A stretch of DNA of 64,000 nt from contig CM060732.1 in NCBI GenBank assembly GCA_030704615.1, forward strand, positions 59,024,001 through 59,088,000, given 5' to 3'. The notes under the pieces are model-generated. The model searched no databases, was not told where the DNA came from, and saw nothing but the letters and a program-made list of their open reading frames with translations. Source of the DNA: Takakia lepidozioides. Its lineage: Eukaryota; Plantae; Bryophyta. This document shows, one piece after another, positions 39,000-50,269 of this stretch. The position numbers and the translations under genes were made by a program. The stretch's first letter is position 1. The number at the start of each line of letters is the position of its first letter.

Positions 39000-40390
39000 C
39001 GAATGAATTTCGGCGCCGAATTCATCCTATAAGTGCTTTCATACACACCTTACGAATTTCGGCGCCGAATTCATCGCTTCCCAAGTCCTCATCCGTCATG
39101 AGCAAACCTGTCAGTAGGATATCGGAGCGGAATTAATTCCGGGACAGTGGAAACGGCTGCACTGGCACATTTCATCCATATTTCGGCGCCGAAATTCATC
39201 CAGAGCGAAAACTAAATCGGCACCATGCTACGCTTTGCCGCCATCATTGCCCCTGACGGATGCTGTCCATGCCTGTTGGACTTGCCATTTCTGGACATTT
39301 AACTATAATTTCGGCGCCGAAATTATACTTTATGTGCGGCAACGTCCCGTGCGAAAAAGACCACTTAATGGATACTGTCGGTTTCAAATGAAAAAACGGC
39401 TAAAATGCAATTAATTTTGACAGAAGGGGTTTCATATGCCGATTTCTCCATTAAATGCAGAATATTCCTGTTATCTTCGTCGGAACGGGGTATTTCCAAC
39501 GATTTACGGAAAATTATATCATCCAGAAAAAGTGTCGGGTTTGGACGAATTTCGGCGCCGAAATTCATCCGTCGCATAGAAAATGTAATATTACAGTTAC
39601 TCATTGCGGACAGTAAGGATGAATTTCGGCGCCGAAATTCATCCATTTCAAAGAAAAATAAATATTGGAGGGAGGGCATTGGATGAATTTCGGCGCCGAA
39701 ATCCGGCTCTCAAACCCTGAAAAGAATTTGGAGGGATGAAGTCGGTTGAATTTAGGGGCCGAAATTCATTGCTCGCGAAGAATTTTTTTTTTTTCGGGAG
39801 GACTTCGGATGAATTTCGGCGCCGAAATTCATTGCTCGCGAAGAAAAAGGAAAATTAGAAGGGAGTACTTGGATGAGATTCGGCGCCGAAGTTCATCTGT
39901 CGCAAAGAAAAAAAAACAAAAAGGACTTAGATGAATTTCGCCACCGAAATCCATCCGCAGGGCAGCAGAATTAGGGTCGGAAAAGGAGATGAAGAATGAA
40001 TTTCGGCGCCGAAATACATCCATTCTGCCGATTCAGGATTACTGTCATTCGGATGTCGGCACCGATATCCGGACACGTGGTGAATCACGACTGTAATCAG
40101 GAACACATTCATCCGTATTTTGGCATCCAAATTCAACCCTTATGTGCAGAAACAATTTAATGAAGAAGATGTTCATCCGAATTTCGGCACCGAAATCCAT
40201 CCGTTGGGTGCTTGGTCAGTTTCATGAGGTAACAAATTACGATTTCTGTTGCCGGAATTCATCCCCTGGCTTCCAAAGCTGTTACATGACAGAGATGTTC
40301 ATCCAGATTTCGGTGCCGAAATTCATGGGAAGGCCTGATTTATTGTAGCCCAAGTGGTTGTACATTACAATTCAGGCACCAAATATCCGA
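39000..40390. repeat. Array of ~19 palindromes, consensus GATGAATTTCGGCGCCGAAATTCATC, ~63 bp period
   Basis: Perfect 28-bp copy at 39617-39644; regularly spaced copies from 39547 to 40370. Confidence 0.9.
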
Positions 40391-40572
40391 TGTGAACTTG
40401 CTGTTGTCGTCCTTTTTTTAACGTACGTTACACACCTTCATCTTTACGTGCACTGATCACCCATCCTGTTGGATACGGAATCCTCCAGAAAATCATTTGT
40501 GTTATTAGGTAGGACACACTCTTCTCATTGCAGGACTTCGCTGCGGAGCGTACCGAGAGGTCCGTCTTCAAA

Positions 40573-41952
40573 ATGGACTCCCGTGTTTGGGTAAACGTGT
40601 ACTTCCATCCTGATTCTCTGAAAGCTAAAATACCCTGCGACCAAGGATTTGCGATTGTCACTGAGCAGTACTTGTGTGTGAAGTTCGGGCTCCGCCCTGG
40701 AACGGTGTTTTTGGAAGAGGAGACGAAGGATGCTTATGGAAATTTTCTGGAAAGTGCCGTCATTCTGCATGCAGATTTCGGAAAAGGCAAAGAGTGGCGG
40801 CTCCCAGCTTCTGAATCCATCCGTACAGTGCCATTGGTGAAATCGTGCCTAAAGAGTTCCCACGCTGGAACTTGGTTGATCCTCCTTCCACAAGAGGGTT
40901 GGCGTGCAAGATGTGAAGGATGTGGGCACCTCTTCACAAGCAGAGAAGCCCAAACATGTGAAAAGGGAAATCCAGGAAAACAGGGAAACAGTCGTCCACG
41001 ACTTATCCAGTGACGATGAAGACTGTATGGTCCTTCCATCGTATGTTTCGAAGTCGTCCGTCACTAGGAGTGTTCAGCATACACCGTCCGACTCAACTTC
41101 CGTCCGCTCAGTAATCGACATATTGCGGAGGATGAAGACAACGGGTTCCCGCTCCAGTGACCTTCTTAGGCTTGATTACGACAAAACTCCAATCCATTCT
41201 GTGGAAACTTTGCCTGATGTTGTGGATGGGAATGCTATCTACGAGTTCCCTCCAGTGCCGGCAGGCGCAGGCCCAGACGGCATGCTCGCAGGAATGAACA
41301 GGAAACATGACGGCCACCCTTGGTGTGTCACCAAAACTTCATCGTCCAACCTGGGTGATGGAGTTCGAGTGAGATATGTATTGTGTGCTGGGCATCTTAA
41401 TGTTTCTCGAGCACATGTTACCATTACACTAGCAAAGGCACCAGGAATGAGACTGACTGGATTGGCAATTCGTCGACCCCATTTTGGCCTCAAGGTAGAG
41501 TTCCTGCAGGGACGTTCAAGTGTGCCCATTGCAACGCAGCCCCTACGTGCATGGCAGTGTGCAACGCCAAGCAGTACTACGTCGGGACCGTCGGCCCAGC
41601 GTGCACCAGAGCATGCATTCACATCGGAAAGCATGAGACACCCCCTCGCCAGAGGCAATTGCAGAGTCGCTTTTCAACAAGCCCAGGATATTATCAAGGA
41701 GGAGGTGAGGTTGAGGCCGGGTGCAAAACCAAAGCAGATACAGCTCGCATCGGCACACATAGATTGCAATTGGCAGAATAATGTCGGAGGACGGAAGCAC
41801 AAGAGAGAAGCTGGGCGAGGGGGACATGAAGGACCTGCTGGAAGCTGTCTCCCATGTGTGCAGCCCAATGTCAGGAACCACATTGTCGCTGCAAGAAACG
41901 AATCGGAAGAGGATCAGACATGCACTCCATCTTGGAAGTGAAGCGCACATGC
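40573..41952 (+). pseudogene. N-terminal part of putative transposase with GCM-like Cys/His zinc-binding domain
   Basis: VETLPDVVDGNAIYEF...KHDGHPW...RYVLCAGHL, (frameshift) C..C..KCAHC..C..CNAKQY...CIHIGKHEHP; catalytic core presumably in or after the gap. Confidence 0.55.
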
Positions 41953-42452
41953 NNNNNNNNNNNNNNNNNNNNNNNNNNNNNNNNNNNNNNNNNNNNNNNN
42001 NNNNNNNNNNNNNNNNNNNNNNNNNNNNNNNNNNNNNNNNNNNNNNNNNNNNNNNNNNNNNNNNNNNNNNNNNNNNNNNNNNNNNNNNNNNNNNNNNNNN
42101 NNNNNNNNNNNNNNNNNNNNNNNNNNNNNNNNNNNNNNNNNNNNNNNNNNNNNNNNNNNNNNNNNNNNNNNNNNNNNNNNNNNNNNNNNNNNNNNNNNNN
42201 NNNNNNNNNNNNNNNNNNNNNNNNNNNNNNNNNNNNNNNNNNNNNNNNNNNNNNNNNNNNNNNNNNNNNNNNNNNNNNNNNNNNNNNNNNNNNNNNNNNN
42301 NNNNNNNNNNNNNNNNNNNNNNNNNNNNNNNNNNNNNNNNNNNNNNNNNNNNNNNNNNNNNNNNNNNNNNNNNNNNNNNNNNNNNNNNNNNNNNNNNNNN
42401 NNNNNNNNNNNNNNNNNNNNNNNNNNNNNNNNNNNNNNNNNNNNNNNNNNNN
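41953..42452. other. Assembly gap (500 N)
   Basis: Run of N. Confidence 1.
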
Positions 42453-45400
42453 GCTTGATTGGTACTGACCCTGGTTCCAGTTCAATCTTTGCTGACAGAT
42501 TTCAGTGGTATTCCTTTTAGATCCTCGTAGCTCCAAGCAAATACATCTCTGTATTTGATGAACAACTCTTAGCTTCTTCAAGAATTCTGGCTCCAAATCA
42601 GCTCCTACCTTCACCATCCTCGGTTCCTCTTCAGTTCCCACATTCACTTCCTGCACCTGCTCATCAGCTGTGATTGTCCAACCAGTCACCACTTCATCAT
42701 CCTGTAACTCACAGTGGCTGGTTCCTCTAGGATTTCCGTTCTCCTTCCTTTCTTTCTTCATAGAATGTGATGGGTAACTGCTGGTTTTCCTCTTCAATTC
42801 GGTTGCTGACACTACACCACAGCAGATACCACTTAAACAACTTAGGCCTTCCAGCCGCATCTTTGCAACCTGCTCCCACTCTGGGTGTGCAGCGAACAGG
42901 GTAGCTTCCTGCTCCTCATCCAGTCCTCCTCTCTAGTCATACTCTCTAACCCCTCGAGGTCTTCTCGTAGCAGGTAATCTACTAGATTTATTTGTGGTAA
43001 TTTGTATCTCGTGCATCCCATTATGCACGGTTAGTAACTGAGAATTCCAGTCATGGAATACCCTGGCCTGTTTCAGCCACTGACGTCCCAATAATAAGGA
43101 GTAAGCCTCCATGACTTCATCCATCTTCAACATAGTTACTGTGATCATAAAGATCATCTTCTGTATCTGTATCTTAACTCCTCTTACAATCCCAATGGCT
43201 GTACACTTCTTTGATCTGCCATTGTTACTGTAAATGGGGCTGGTTTCATGTTACTTAGACCAAGCTTCTTCCTTAATTGGTCTGTCATGATATTTACTCC
43301 AAAGCCTCCATCTATCAGTACATCAGTTAGTTCTGTGCTTCCAATTCTCAATTGGATTACTGGCATAGAATCATCAAAGTCCATGACTGTTTCTCGCCCT
43401 TCCGGCTTCACATTATAACTGGTCACCTTGCTGTTCAGGTCTGTGTTTCCTGTCTCCTGGGCAATTCGATTGATTGCTTGATACAGCCTGTGTCTACAAT
43501 AAGGTGCCACAGCCAATAGCTGTCCAATGGTAATCTTTGCTTTGGTCTGGCATATTACTTCAGCCAAAGTCCCTTCATTACTTTGCATGTCTGCAACTTC
43601 TTTCTTTCCTTTCATCCTCACTCACTCTTCTTCTCCATCAGAATCAGAGAATCTGCCACAAGAATATCAGTACTCTTCTGCATTTCCCTTATGGTATCTG
43701 CCACTTCCTTGTGCAGTTCCTTCTCATCTCTCCAAGCCTCATCATCTTCAGGCATATCACACTGCCATCTTCATTATCATCATCTTCCTCAACTACTGGA
43801 GGTATTAGTTTTGGCTTGCTTCTTGTTACTATCATTGTATTTACTTCTGGTACAACACATGGCCTAACCATGTGAGCTGCCACCACTGGGCCCTCATTCA
43901 CAGGAGCTCTCATCTCATTCTGGTGTCTAATCCAGAATGAACAGGCTGCCTTGCGATGTCCTGGCTGATTACAATAGTAACACAGTTCTTCACCATTGGG
44001 TCCTCGCCCTTGGTCTGCTCTTGGATTATTTCTGTAATCCTGATTCCCTGGCTGGTAATTCCCCCTTGGATTACCCTGATAGTTGCCTCTGGAATTTCCT
44101 TGGTAATTCCCTCTTGAATTATCTCTCCCTTCCATGCCATTGTTATAACCACCAGGCCTACCATAGTGGTCATGATCATTGTTTTCTCTTGGCTGGGGCT
44201 GCACTTGATGCACCCTTACTTGCCTAGGTTCTCTTGCAGTTGTCCTTCTGTTGTAGTAACAATTCTCAGTAGAATGGTTATCCATCTTACAGATGGTACA
44301 ATGTTTCTCCTTCATGTGGCATTCAGTGGTGGTATGGCCTTTATTCTGGCACTTTGCACACCAAACACCCTTCCTCCAATGTGTTGCAGCCTCTGTGGCA
44401 TACTTCGCCGGCTTTTACTCACCCATCCCTTCTCTCTCCTGAGCATTCCCAATTGCTCAATTCTGTTTGCTGTTTCAAACGCCTCCTCCACTGTATTATG
44501 GGGTAACATATCCACTTTCTTCTGCAACTCTGGTCTTAGTCCACTCACAAACCAAGTCTTCTGTAAACCTGGTGCTGGTACAACAGCCAGCTTTTTCATC
44601 ATCAATTCCATCTTTTCCATATACTCCTCAACAGTTTCATGCTTCTTTTGCTTTAACTGTTGTAAACTTCCATACACTTCATCCTCAGTTTTACTTGTCC
44701 TGAACCTATTTCGGAATGCTGTATTCAAGCCATTCCAAGTTAGGAAATGATTATCAGGAAATCTTGCATACCATTCACTTGCTTTCTTGATAAGTGAACA
44801 AGGAAACAATCTCATCTTGGCATCATCGCCATTCTCATTGTTCACTATACACATGTGCTCAAATTGGCTAATGTGTACATCGGGATCCCCTTTTCCTGAA
44901 TATATATTGGAAAATGTGGTTTTGCCCGTGTTGGTTGTAACGCCATCCGTGGCCCTACCCTCTATCCACTGACAGGTGCTGACACCCTTGCTGGTGCTGG
45001 TCCTTGAGGACCTGTTGTAGTTGTGGTGGATCTTCCACCAAGTGGTGGCCCCTGAGCACTCCCTGCTACTGGCCCCACGATATTCACAGTATTCCCAGCT
45101 CCAGTTGCACTACTTCCCACACTCCCTGTCCCCCCAGAGCCAGATCCAGGCAGCCCGCCTGATCCCCCTGAGCCGACACCTTCGGTGGCCTGTGATCCAA
45201 GTGCTCCACTTGATCCACGTCCAACGGGTTGGGATGTCCTGGTTGTAGTCTCAACCTCAGCTGTTGGGTCTACTTCTTCATACTCTTCCTCTTCCAATTT
45301 CTTCTCTCTATTTTCATCCTCCAAGTTCTGCCCTTGGGTTTCTTCTTCACTCATGTAACTCAACTGCAATGGTGTTGGACAGTCTGAACTATCCGTTGGT

Positions 45401-46060
45401 TCTGCCACATCCTCTCCTCCTTCTTCACCCTCCACTTCAGAAGCTGGAGTTCCTGCTTTTGGTGTTCCATGCCAACTTTTATCAAAGATTTCTGTCAAAT
45501 CTTTTATCCAGGGATGTACCTCAAATCTTTTACCTCGTGATTGATCTTCTTCCCGTACCAATTCCCTTAATCTTTCCTGCAAAGAAAAAGAAGGAGTGGC
45601 ATCCAACTCTAGTTCTTCCGGTATGGGTGATGTACTCTCTGATCTTAATGGTGTGAGAGGTCCAGATGATTCCCCTATGTCTATTCTCTCCCAAAGATAT
45701 GGATAATTAGCTTTCAGATAGCTTTCTCTTTTTGCTGAATATCTCTGGAGTCTAGCTTCTCTTTCATCACTCATGTCCCATGTCTTTCATTTCTTTTAAT
45801 GTGGCAATAACCAAAACTCTCTTCTGTAATATCTCTCGTATATGCCTGGGTTTCTTTCAAGCTTCAATGCACCCTTGGCTATACTAGAAGTCTCCGTTAC
45901 CATATAACCATATGGCAAACAAGTCTGGAAAGCTGTTCTTGGTGTGAGTTTGATCCACAAAATATCCTTTGGAATCCAATTCTTTACCAGTACAAGCTCT
46001 TCATGCATATGAGTATAAACATTCACCTTTCTTTCCTCCCAGCCTTCAAACTCTACTCGA
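42453..46060 (-). mobile_element. Ty3/gypsy non-chromovirus (Tat/Athila-like) 5' part: upstream ORF, gag with two zinc knuckles, protease, start of RT
   Basis: AKMRLFPCSL...ASEWY gag, CTICKMDNHSTENC and CYYCNQPGHRKAAC, LIDGGFGVNIM, YSLLLGRQWL, EVNVGTEEEPRMVKVG. Confidence 0.8.
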
Positions 46061-46074
46061 TTAATGGATAGCAA

Positions 46075-49000
46075 TGCTCGTCTTATTACACGGAATGAAA
46101 TGTGTCATCTTTGTAAAACGATCTACAATAACAAGGATTGAATCGGTGGTTTTGGAAATTGGAAGGTCCGTAATAAAGTCCATAGACACGGACGACCATG
46201 GACCATTGGGAATGGGTAATGGTTGAAGAAGGCCATAAGGTCGATGTCGTGGTCCCTTCGCTCTAGCACACGTGTCGCAAGATTTTATAAATTCTTTCAC
46301 GAGTTTCCACATCTGCGGCCACCAATAGTCCCTGAATATCAATTCCATTGTTTTGTTGAAGCCGAAATGTCCTGCAGCCGGAAGATCATGACATGTTTGA
46401 AGAATTCACAGTCGTGTAGGTCCTGGAGGTACATAGAGCAGTCCCTTGAAATAAAGTAAGTCATCTTTGAATTCGAAGTCGTTTGTAACATGTGGGTTGT
46501 CTCGAGGTCGATTTAGTTGACTTCATAGTGTCGTAGCAAATTGGTCGCTCTTCAGTGCTTCCTGAATCTCCTTTATGATCTCTGCATCGTCATAGGTGGA
46601 CATGGATAACATATTCAATTGAGATTTGCTGGTTTCAAGATGATGGATTTATGTTGGTCAAAAGCTGCATCCCCTTCTTTTGGCGCAAGATACGATCGTC
46701 GAGAAAGAGCATCTGGTTTTCCTTGAAGATGTCCGGGACGGTAGGTAATAACAAAATCAAACATTGCTAGTGACATACTCCATCTCGCTTGATGTCGATT
46801 CAAAACACGAGCACTCATAAAATACTCGAGGTTTTTGTGATCGGTGTAAAGAGTGACCTGATGTTTAGCTCCCTCCAATAGATAACGCCACTCCTCAAAA
46901 ACATCAATGATTGCTAAAAGTTCTTTGTCATGGATTTCATAATTGATCTCTGCAGCGAAAAATTTGCGAGAACGAAAACCAACAGGGTGAAGTCGGCCAT
47001 CCGTACCGTGTTGAGATAGTATAGCGCCAAGTGCAAAGTCCGATGCATCTGCTTCCAAAAAGAATGGTTTAGATGGGTCTGCATGTACCAGTATTGGGGC
47101 CGTTGTAAATGTCTGCTTCAGCCTTTCAAATGCCTGGTCAGCCTTCTCGTCCCATACAAATTTGTCCTTCCCTGTGAGTCGTGTCAATGGTGCAGCAATT
47201 TTGGAGTAGTCCTTGATAAAGATTCTATAGAAATTTGCAAATCCCAGAAAACATTGTACATCTCGGACCGAAGTTGGTTTAATCCACTCGATGATGGTTT
47301 GTATTTTCTTCTGATCCATAAAGACGCCTTTGTCGGAAATAATGTAGCCCAAAAATTCGACCTCAGATTGATGGAAAAGACATTTTTCCAACTTGGCATA
47401 TAGTCTTTTTTCTCTTAATTTAAGGACAAGGCATACGTGGCGGCCATGGTCTTCGTCATTCTGTGAAAATATCAAAATGTCGTTCAAATAGATGACTACA
47501 AAGTCATCTAAAAATTCTCGAAAGATGTCATTCATCATATGTTGGAAAAATGTTGGAGCATTTGTAAGACCGAAAGACATAACACTGTATTCGTTCGAAA
47601 AGCTGTTTTCCATTCGTTTTCTAAAAAAATCCGTACAAGGTTATAAGCTCATCTCAAGTCAATTTTGGTGAAAATCTTCGCTCGTCCCAGTTGGTCGAGA
47701 AGCCCAGAAATCAGCGGCAACAGATAACGATTCTTAATTGTGACTTTGTTGAGACCGCGATAGTCCACACACATGCGTAATGATCCGTCCTTCTTTTTCA
47801 CAAACAAGATAGGCGCCCCCACAGATGATTTTGAATGTCGGATGAAGTTCTTCGACAAATTTTCATCAATGTACTCACGTAATGCAGCCAACTCCGGTTG
47901 GGATAAGTTATAGATTGGGCCGAATGGTGGTTGGGCTCCTTCTTGTAACTCAATTGCACAGTCATAAGGTCGATGTTCTGGCAATATGTCTGCATTTTTC
48001 TTTTCGAAGACATCCTTGAAATCTTGATATTGATTGGGTAATGTCGAAATACCTTTGTCTGTTGTGGTCTTGATCCGGAGTCGCATAAAGTGCAAATGCC
48101 GCATCCTTTTTGGTAGCTCTCATGAAAGCTCTAGCTCCAAGGAATATGGGTTGAATACCTTTGATATTTGTACATTTTTGTCTTGCAAATTTTTTTCGCA
48201 ATCGCCAGTCGATGTCAGGATTGCGAAGTACGAACCAGGGAAGTCCAAGGATCACACGATTCGTTGGAGACTGGATGACGTTGAAAACAATATGTGATGC
48301 TTGATCTTCAAGCTTCACTTCAAGTGGTCGAGTTTCATGGTCTACATTTCCTGATGCTAACGGTCGTCCATCGATGACTTCAACGGGGGCCGAGAGTTTC
48401 TTCTTTACGAGCGTTAAATTGTGTTGCTTCGCAAAGTTTTTGTCAATAAAACATGCTGAAGCCCCTGAGTTCAAAAGTGCTTCTACAGATATATCTTGAT
48501 TTTGCACTCTGATTTTTATCGGAACTGTGAAGCAAGGTGCAGGGTCTGGAGGTAGAAAAAGACCTTTTTTTTGTGAAGAATTTGTGGTGTCCAGTCGCAT
48601 GGTCCCTACTGTGACTGGACATCTTCGTTTTTCGACCTCTTTGTATCGAACATTTGAGTTGCGCCCCGAGCTTTGAATCTTCTCTTGTTGGGGCAGTTTG
48701 CTATGTGATCTTCTTCTCCGCAATAGAGGCATAATCCATTCGAGCGTCGTCTTTGTTTTTCTTGTGGCGTCAATGGCTTGAATCGGACAACATCAATCTG
48801 CATAGGATCACTACCAGATGTCTGATGGATCATTGTGTTTGGTGTCGTAGTAGCAACGGCATCCTGCGTCATCGATCATCCAGATCACTTTTCTTGATGT
48901 CTTTCGAACAAACGATTACCGCATGCTGATGAATTCGCTCAGTGTGCTCACGTTTGACATTGTCAGCAACAAATCTTTTACATCATCTTTCAGCCCACAT

Positions 49001-49720
49001 CGAAACTGACTAATGAGGCTCTTCTCATTCCAGTCGAGGTCGCACGCAAGTTATCGAAATTCGGCAGCATAAACGGAAGCAGGACGTGCTCCTTGTCGAA
49101 GATTTCGCATCTTTGTCTCTGCAACTCTCTCCCTATCATTTTCTCCAAACGCTGCAGTGAACTCGGACATGAATGCTTCAAAATTGTATAGTATATACAA
49201 TTTTTTTCTCTAATAGCGGTGCAAACCAAGATAGGGCAGTGCCTGATAGAAGGGTGCCCACGAATCCCACTTGAATACCTTCATCAGGGGTAACATTGTG
49301 GATGTAGTCGTAGGAATAGTCATATTTGTTGAACAAAACCGCGAAATCTCGATCTCGTCCTATCAAATTTCTCGAGCATGCTGATCTTTGGTTCTCTCAT
49401 AATCTGTTGAAGAGGAACCGTAGGAGTTGTTGCAGTAAAAACTCGTGTGGTTGAAGATCCATTGTTCGACTCCTTTAACTCTGAAATTAGTTGTTGCAAA
49501 TTGTGGAGAACGTTGCCAAGATCTTGAGACTGATCAGCTTGTAATTGGGCAGTAGAGGTACGAAGTTCTTGCATCTGGAGCTGAAGACTCTTCAATGTGG
49601 CAACCATTTCCGCAAATGTGCCTTCCATCTTAACTAACTAAGGAACAAACTTTAGTCTCGCCAAACAGGAGATCAGACTAGAGGTACAAGACTAGACAAG
49701 AAGTCAAGGTCGGCGTGGCC
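46075..49720 (-). mobile_element. Tcn1-like Ty3/gypsy element, gag-pol, truncated in integrase; LTRs not seen
   Basis: EPKISMLEKFD..., PMQID...[49 protein letters not shown] 46615-47613, integrase VSMDFITDLP. Confidence 0.85.
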
Positions 49721-49778
49721 GAATTCATGGTGGATAAATTTTTCGGTACTAAACATAGAATTCCATGTATGAAATGGG

Positions 49779-50155
49779 TCGATTTAAGGTGGCGTTGACG
49801 ACACCTTAAATCGGTGTCATTTGGGCTCTTCAAAACTGAATAGTTGCACACATCTGTTTTTTGTTCATCTGCAGGTCTTCATTGTTTTGTTGTGCTTCCT
49901 ACAATTTAAGATGTCGTCAACGACATCTTAAAACAGACATCCTTTTGTAGTCCAGCAAGTCATTTTTCGTCAGACAACGGAAAAATACCATGTGCATAGG
50001 GGTTGATTTAAGATGGCGTTGACGACATCTTAAATGGCTGCTCTTTGGGCTTTCGGAAATAGTTCAGTTGAACATGTCTGCTTTATGTTGTTATGTACTT
50101 CTTCAATTTTTGTTCAAGTTCCTGGAGTTTAAGATGTCGTCAACAACATCTTAAT
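49779..50155. repeat. Four copies of palindrome TTAAGATGTCGT(CA)ACGACATCTTAA in a ~224-bp dimeric repeat
   Basis: Copies at ~49781, 49905, 50005 and 50128; a fifth 32-bp copy at 50991-51022. Confidence 0.85.
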
Positions 50156-50269
50156 GTCTAGTCTGCAAATCTGCAGTGAACAGGTGAGTTCTTGTGGTCT
50201 GTGGGGATATATGCTCTGAGGAGGAACACTGGTGTGGATGCAGGTACTTTCACTTCGTTCTTGTTTCAG

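Larger units (their letters stand above)
32709..41952. mobile_element. Large DNA transposon (Sola2-like by inference) with divergently oriented ParB-MTase cargo gene and transposase; right end lost in gap
   Basis: Terminus GAGGTTTACTATTTCATGAG shared with 6671/14735, CATGAGC short repeats, subterminal palindromes at ~65 bp spacing, cargo gene on minus strand, transposase on plus strand. Confidence 0.7.

Noticed and set aside
39540-40390. CRISPR array (palindromic repeats with ~35-40 bp spacers)
   Set aside because: Eukaryotic context, no cas genes, degenerate repeats, and adjacent spacers resemble each other (e.g. TGCTCGCGAAGAA twice), unlike acquired spacers.
41781-42860. Long ORFs spanning the N run
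   Set aside because: Artefacts of translating the gap; the two sides belong to different elements.
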